Assembly (NCBI GenBank): GCA_900551865.1
Contig: URXV01000004.1
Coordinates: forward strand, 5,597 to 69,596
Length of the DNA: 64,000 nt
Origin: an uncultured Rickettsiales bacterium
Lineage (GTDB): Bacteria > Pseudomonadota > Alphaproteobacteria > RF32 > CAG-239
Reading direction: 5' to 3'
Position numbers and translations under genes: made by a program. Position 1 is the stretch's first letter. Each line of letters starts with the position of its first letter. Under the pieces are notes generated by a model that saw nothing but the letters and a program-made list of their open reading frames with translations, was not told the DNA's origin and searched no databases. Below, in pieces: positions 63,151-64,000 of this stretch.

Positions 63151-64000
63151 TTGGCTAATAAAAATTTTGATGAGTGCGTATCTTTTTTGATTGACAATGG
63201 GCTGTTTGTCGGCCGGATTTGCCGCTTGGAAAACGTGTTAAAGACAATTATTGCAAAACACGGGTACATGAAAAACGTTTCCGCCGCTTTGTCCGAAAGC
63301 ACTGCCTTGGCCGTGCTTCTTGCCAATGCCCTGAAGTTTGAAGGGCTTTTTACGCTTCAGATGCAGGGAAACGGGCCGGTATCGACTGTCGTCGTTGACG
63401 TAACATCGGACGGAAAGTTGCGCTCATGCACCAATTATGACAAAGAGCGCTTGGAGAAGGCTTTTGCCTTGCGCAAAAATGAGGGGGAAATAGAAGCAAC
63501 GCCGCATCTGTTAGGGGAAGGAACGCTTGCTTTTACAATTGATGACGGCAAAAATAATTATCATCAGGGGGTTGTCGACCTGCAAGGAAAGACACTGGAG
63601 GAATGCGCTTTGCGCTATTTCAAACAGTCAGAGCAGATTGAAACGATGCTGCGGTTGTTTGTAGATGTTCCGGCGGAAGAGGATGGAGAATGGAAGGCGG
63701 GTGGCATTATCGTGCAGCGTATTCCTGAAATCGGCGGTAAAAATATTGATAAGGAGCAGCTGCCGGAACTTCGAAACGAAGCTGAAATTTTAATGAATTC
63801 GCTGACGGCTGAGGAATTGTTTGATGAAAATTTAAGCTTACAGGAAATACTGCACCGATTGTATCATGCCAACGGCTTATCCGTAACCAAGGATAACCAT
63901 TATGAATTTTGTTGCCGGTGCAGCCGGGAGAAACTGCTGAAAACGCTGCGTGGATTTTCTGAAGATGACTTGGCCTCAATGCTGGACGAAAATTCAAAAA
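63151..64000 (+). CDS. hslO: Redox-regulated chaperone Hsp33 (5' part; continues past the window end)
   Basis: TTG start after GAGGA. Contains LKFEGLFTLQMQGNGPVS and GGIIVQRIPE blocks plus the first zinc-centre motif CRCSREK. No stop occurs before base 64000. Not in the ORF track. Confidence 0.8.
   Translation, partial: MANKNFDECVSFLIDNGLFVGRICRLENVLKTIIAKHGYMKNVSAALSESTALAVLLANALKFEGLFTLQMQGNGPVSTVVVDVTSDGKLRSCTNYDKERLEKAFALRKNEGEIEATPHLLGEGTLAFTIDDGKNNYHQGVVDLQGKTLEECALRYFKQSEQIETMLRLFVDVPAEEDGEWKAGGIIVQRIPEIGGKNIDKEQLPELRNEAEILMNSLTAEELFDENLSLQEILHRLYHANGLSVTKDNHYEFCCRCSREKLLKTLRGFSEDDLASMLDENSK

Noticed and set aside
63108-63997. Minus-strand ORFs 63108-63326 and 63707-63997
   Set aside because: Both are antisense to the plus-strand hslO reading frame, which shows Hsp33 blocks and the CRCSREK zinc motif and runs off the window.

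Overview
All homology calls here come from reading motifs, sizes and gene order by eye. No searches were run.

The window is a 64-kb bacterial chromosomal segment. Core gene content and order suggest an alphaproteobacterium of moderate to low GC: rpmH-rnpA-yidD-yidC-engB, rpsT next to dnaA-dnaN-recF, and a C-terminal J-domain protein. This assignment is tentative.

The window has three parts:

1. **161-10732, minus strand.** An R64/PAPI-1-style type IVb (thin) pilus operon. It encodes an orphan secreted protein, a TcpQ/PilL-like lipoprotein, a lipoprotein secretin, a PilO-like protein, a PilP-like protein with a long coiled-coil insert, a GspE ATPase, a GspF platform protein and a non-canonical pilin-like protein.

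2. **11051-42343, plus strand, divergent from the pilus operon.** A 31-kb, heavily remodelled VirB/Trb-type type IV secretion locus. Its contents, in order:
   - three VirB2 paralogues, VirB3 and VirB4;
   - five consecutive secreted coiled-coil proteins, one of 1818 aa, where VirB5/VirB6 normally sit;
   - two VirB8 paralogues flanking a small lipoprotein;
   - a VirB9 fused to a C-terminal SPOR-like domain;
   - a ~2200-aa single-pass protein built almost entirely from a 17-residue repeat;
   - a 1450-aa protein with about 900 aa of the same repeat ahead of a VirB10 C-terminal domain (CagY-like architecture);
   - VirB11.

   No VirB1, VirB6, VirD4, relaxase, integrase or tRNA is visible in the window. 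The control regions hold a 20-nt box conserved at the same distance upstream of two virB2 paralogues, an iteron-like array of about eight ~20-bp repeats, and two near-consensus internal promoters.

3. **42394-64000.** An ordinary core neighbourhood: engB, yidC, yidD, rnpA, rpmH, gpsA, recF, dnaN, dnaA, rpsT, mutM, a J-domain protein, mfd, recG, an epimerase, recX and hslO. The one oddity is an acyltransferase-3 gene interrupted by a frameshift inside an A8 homopolymer.
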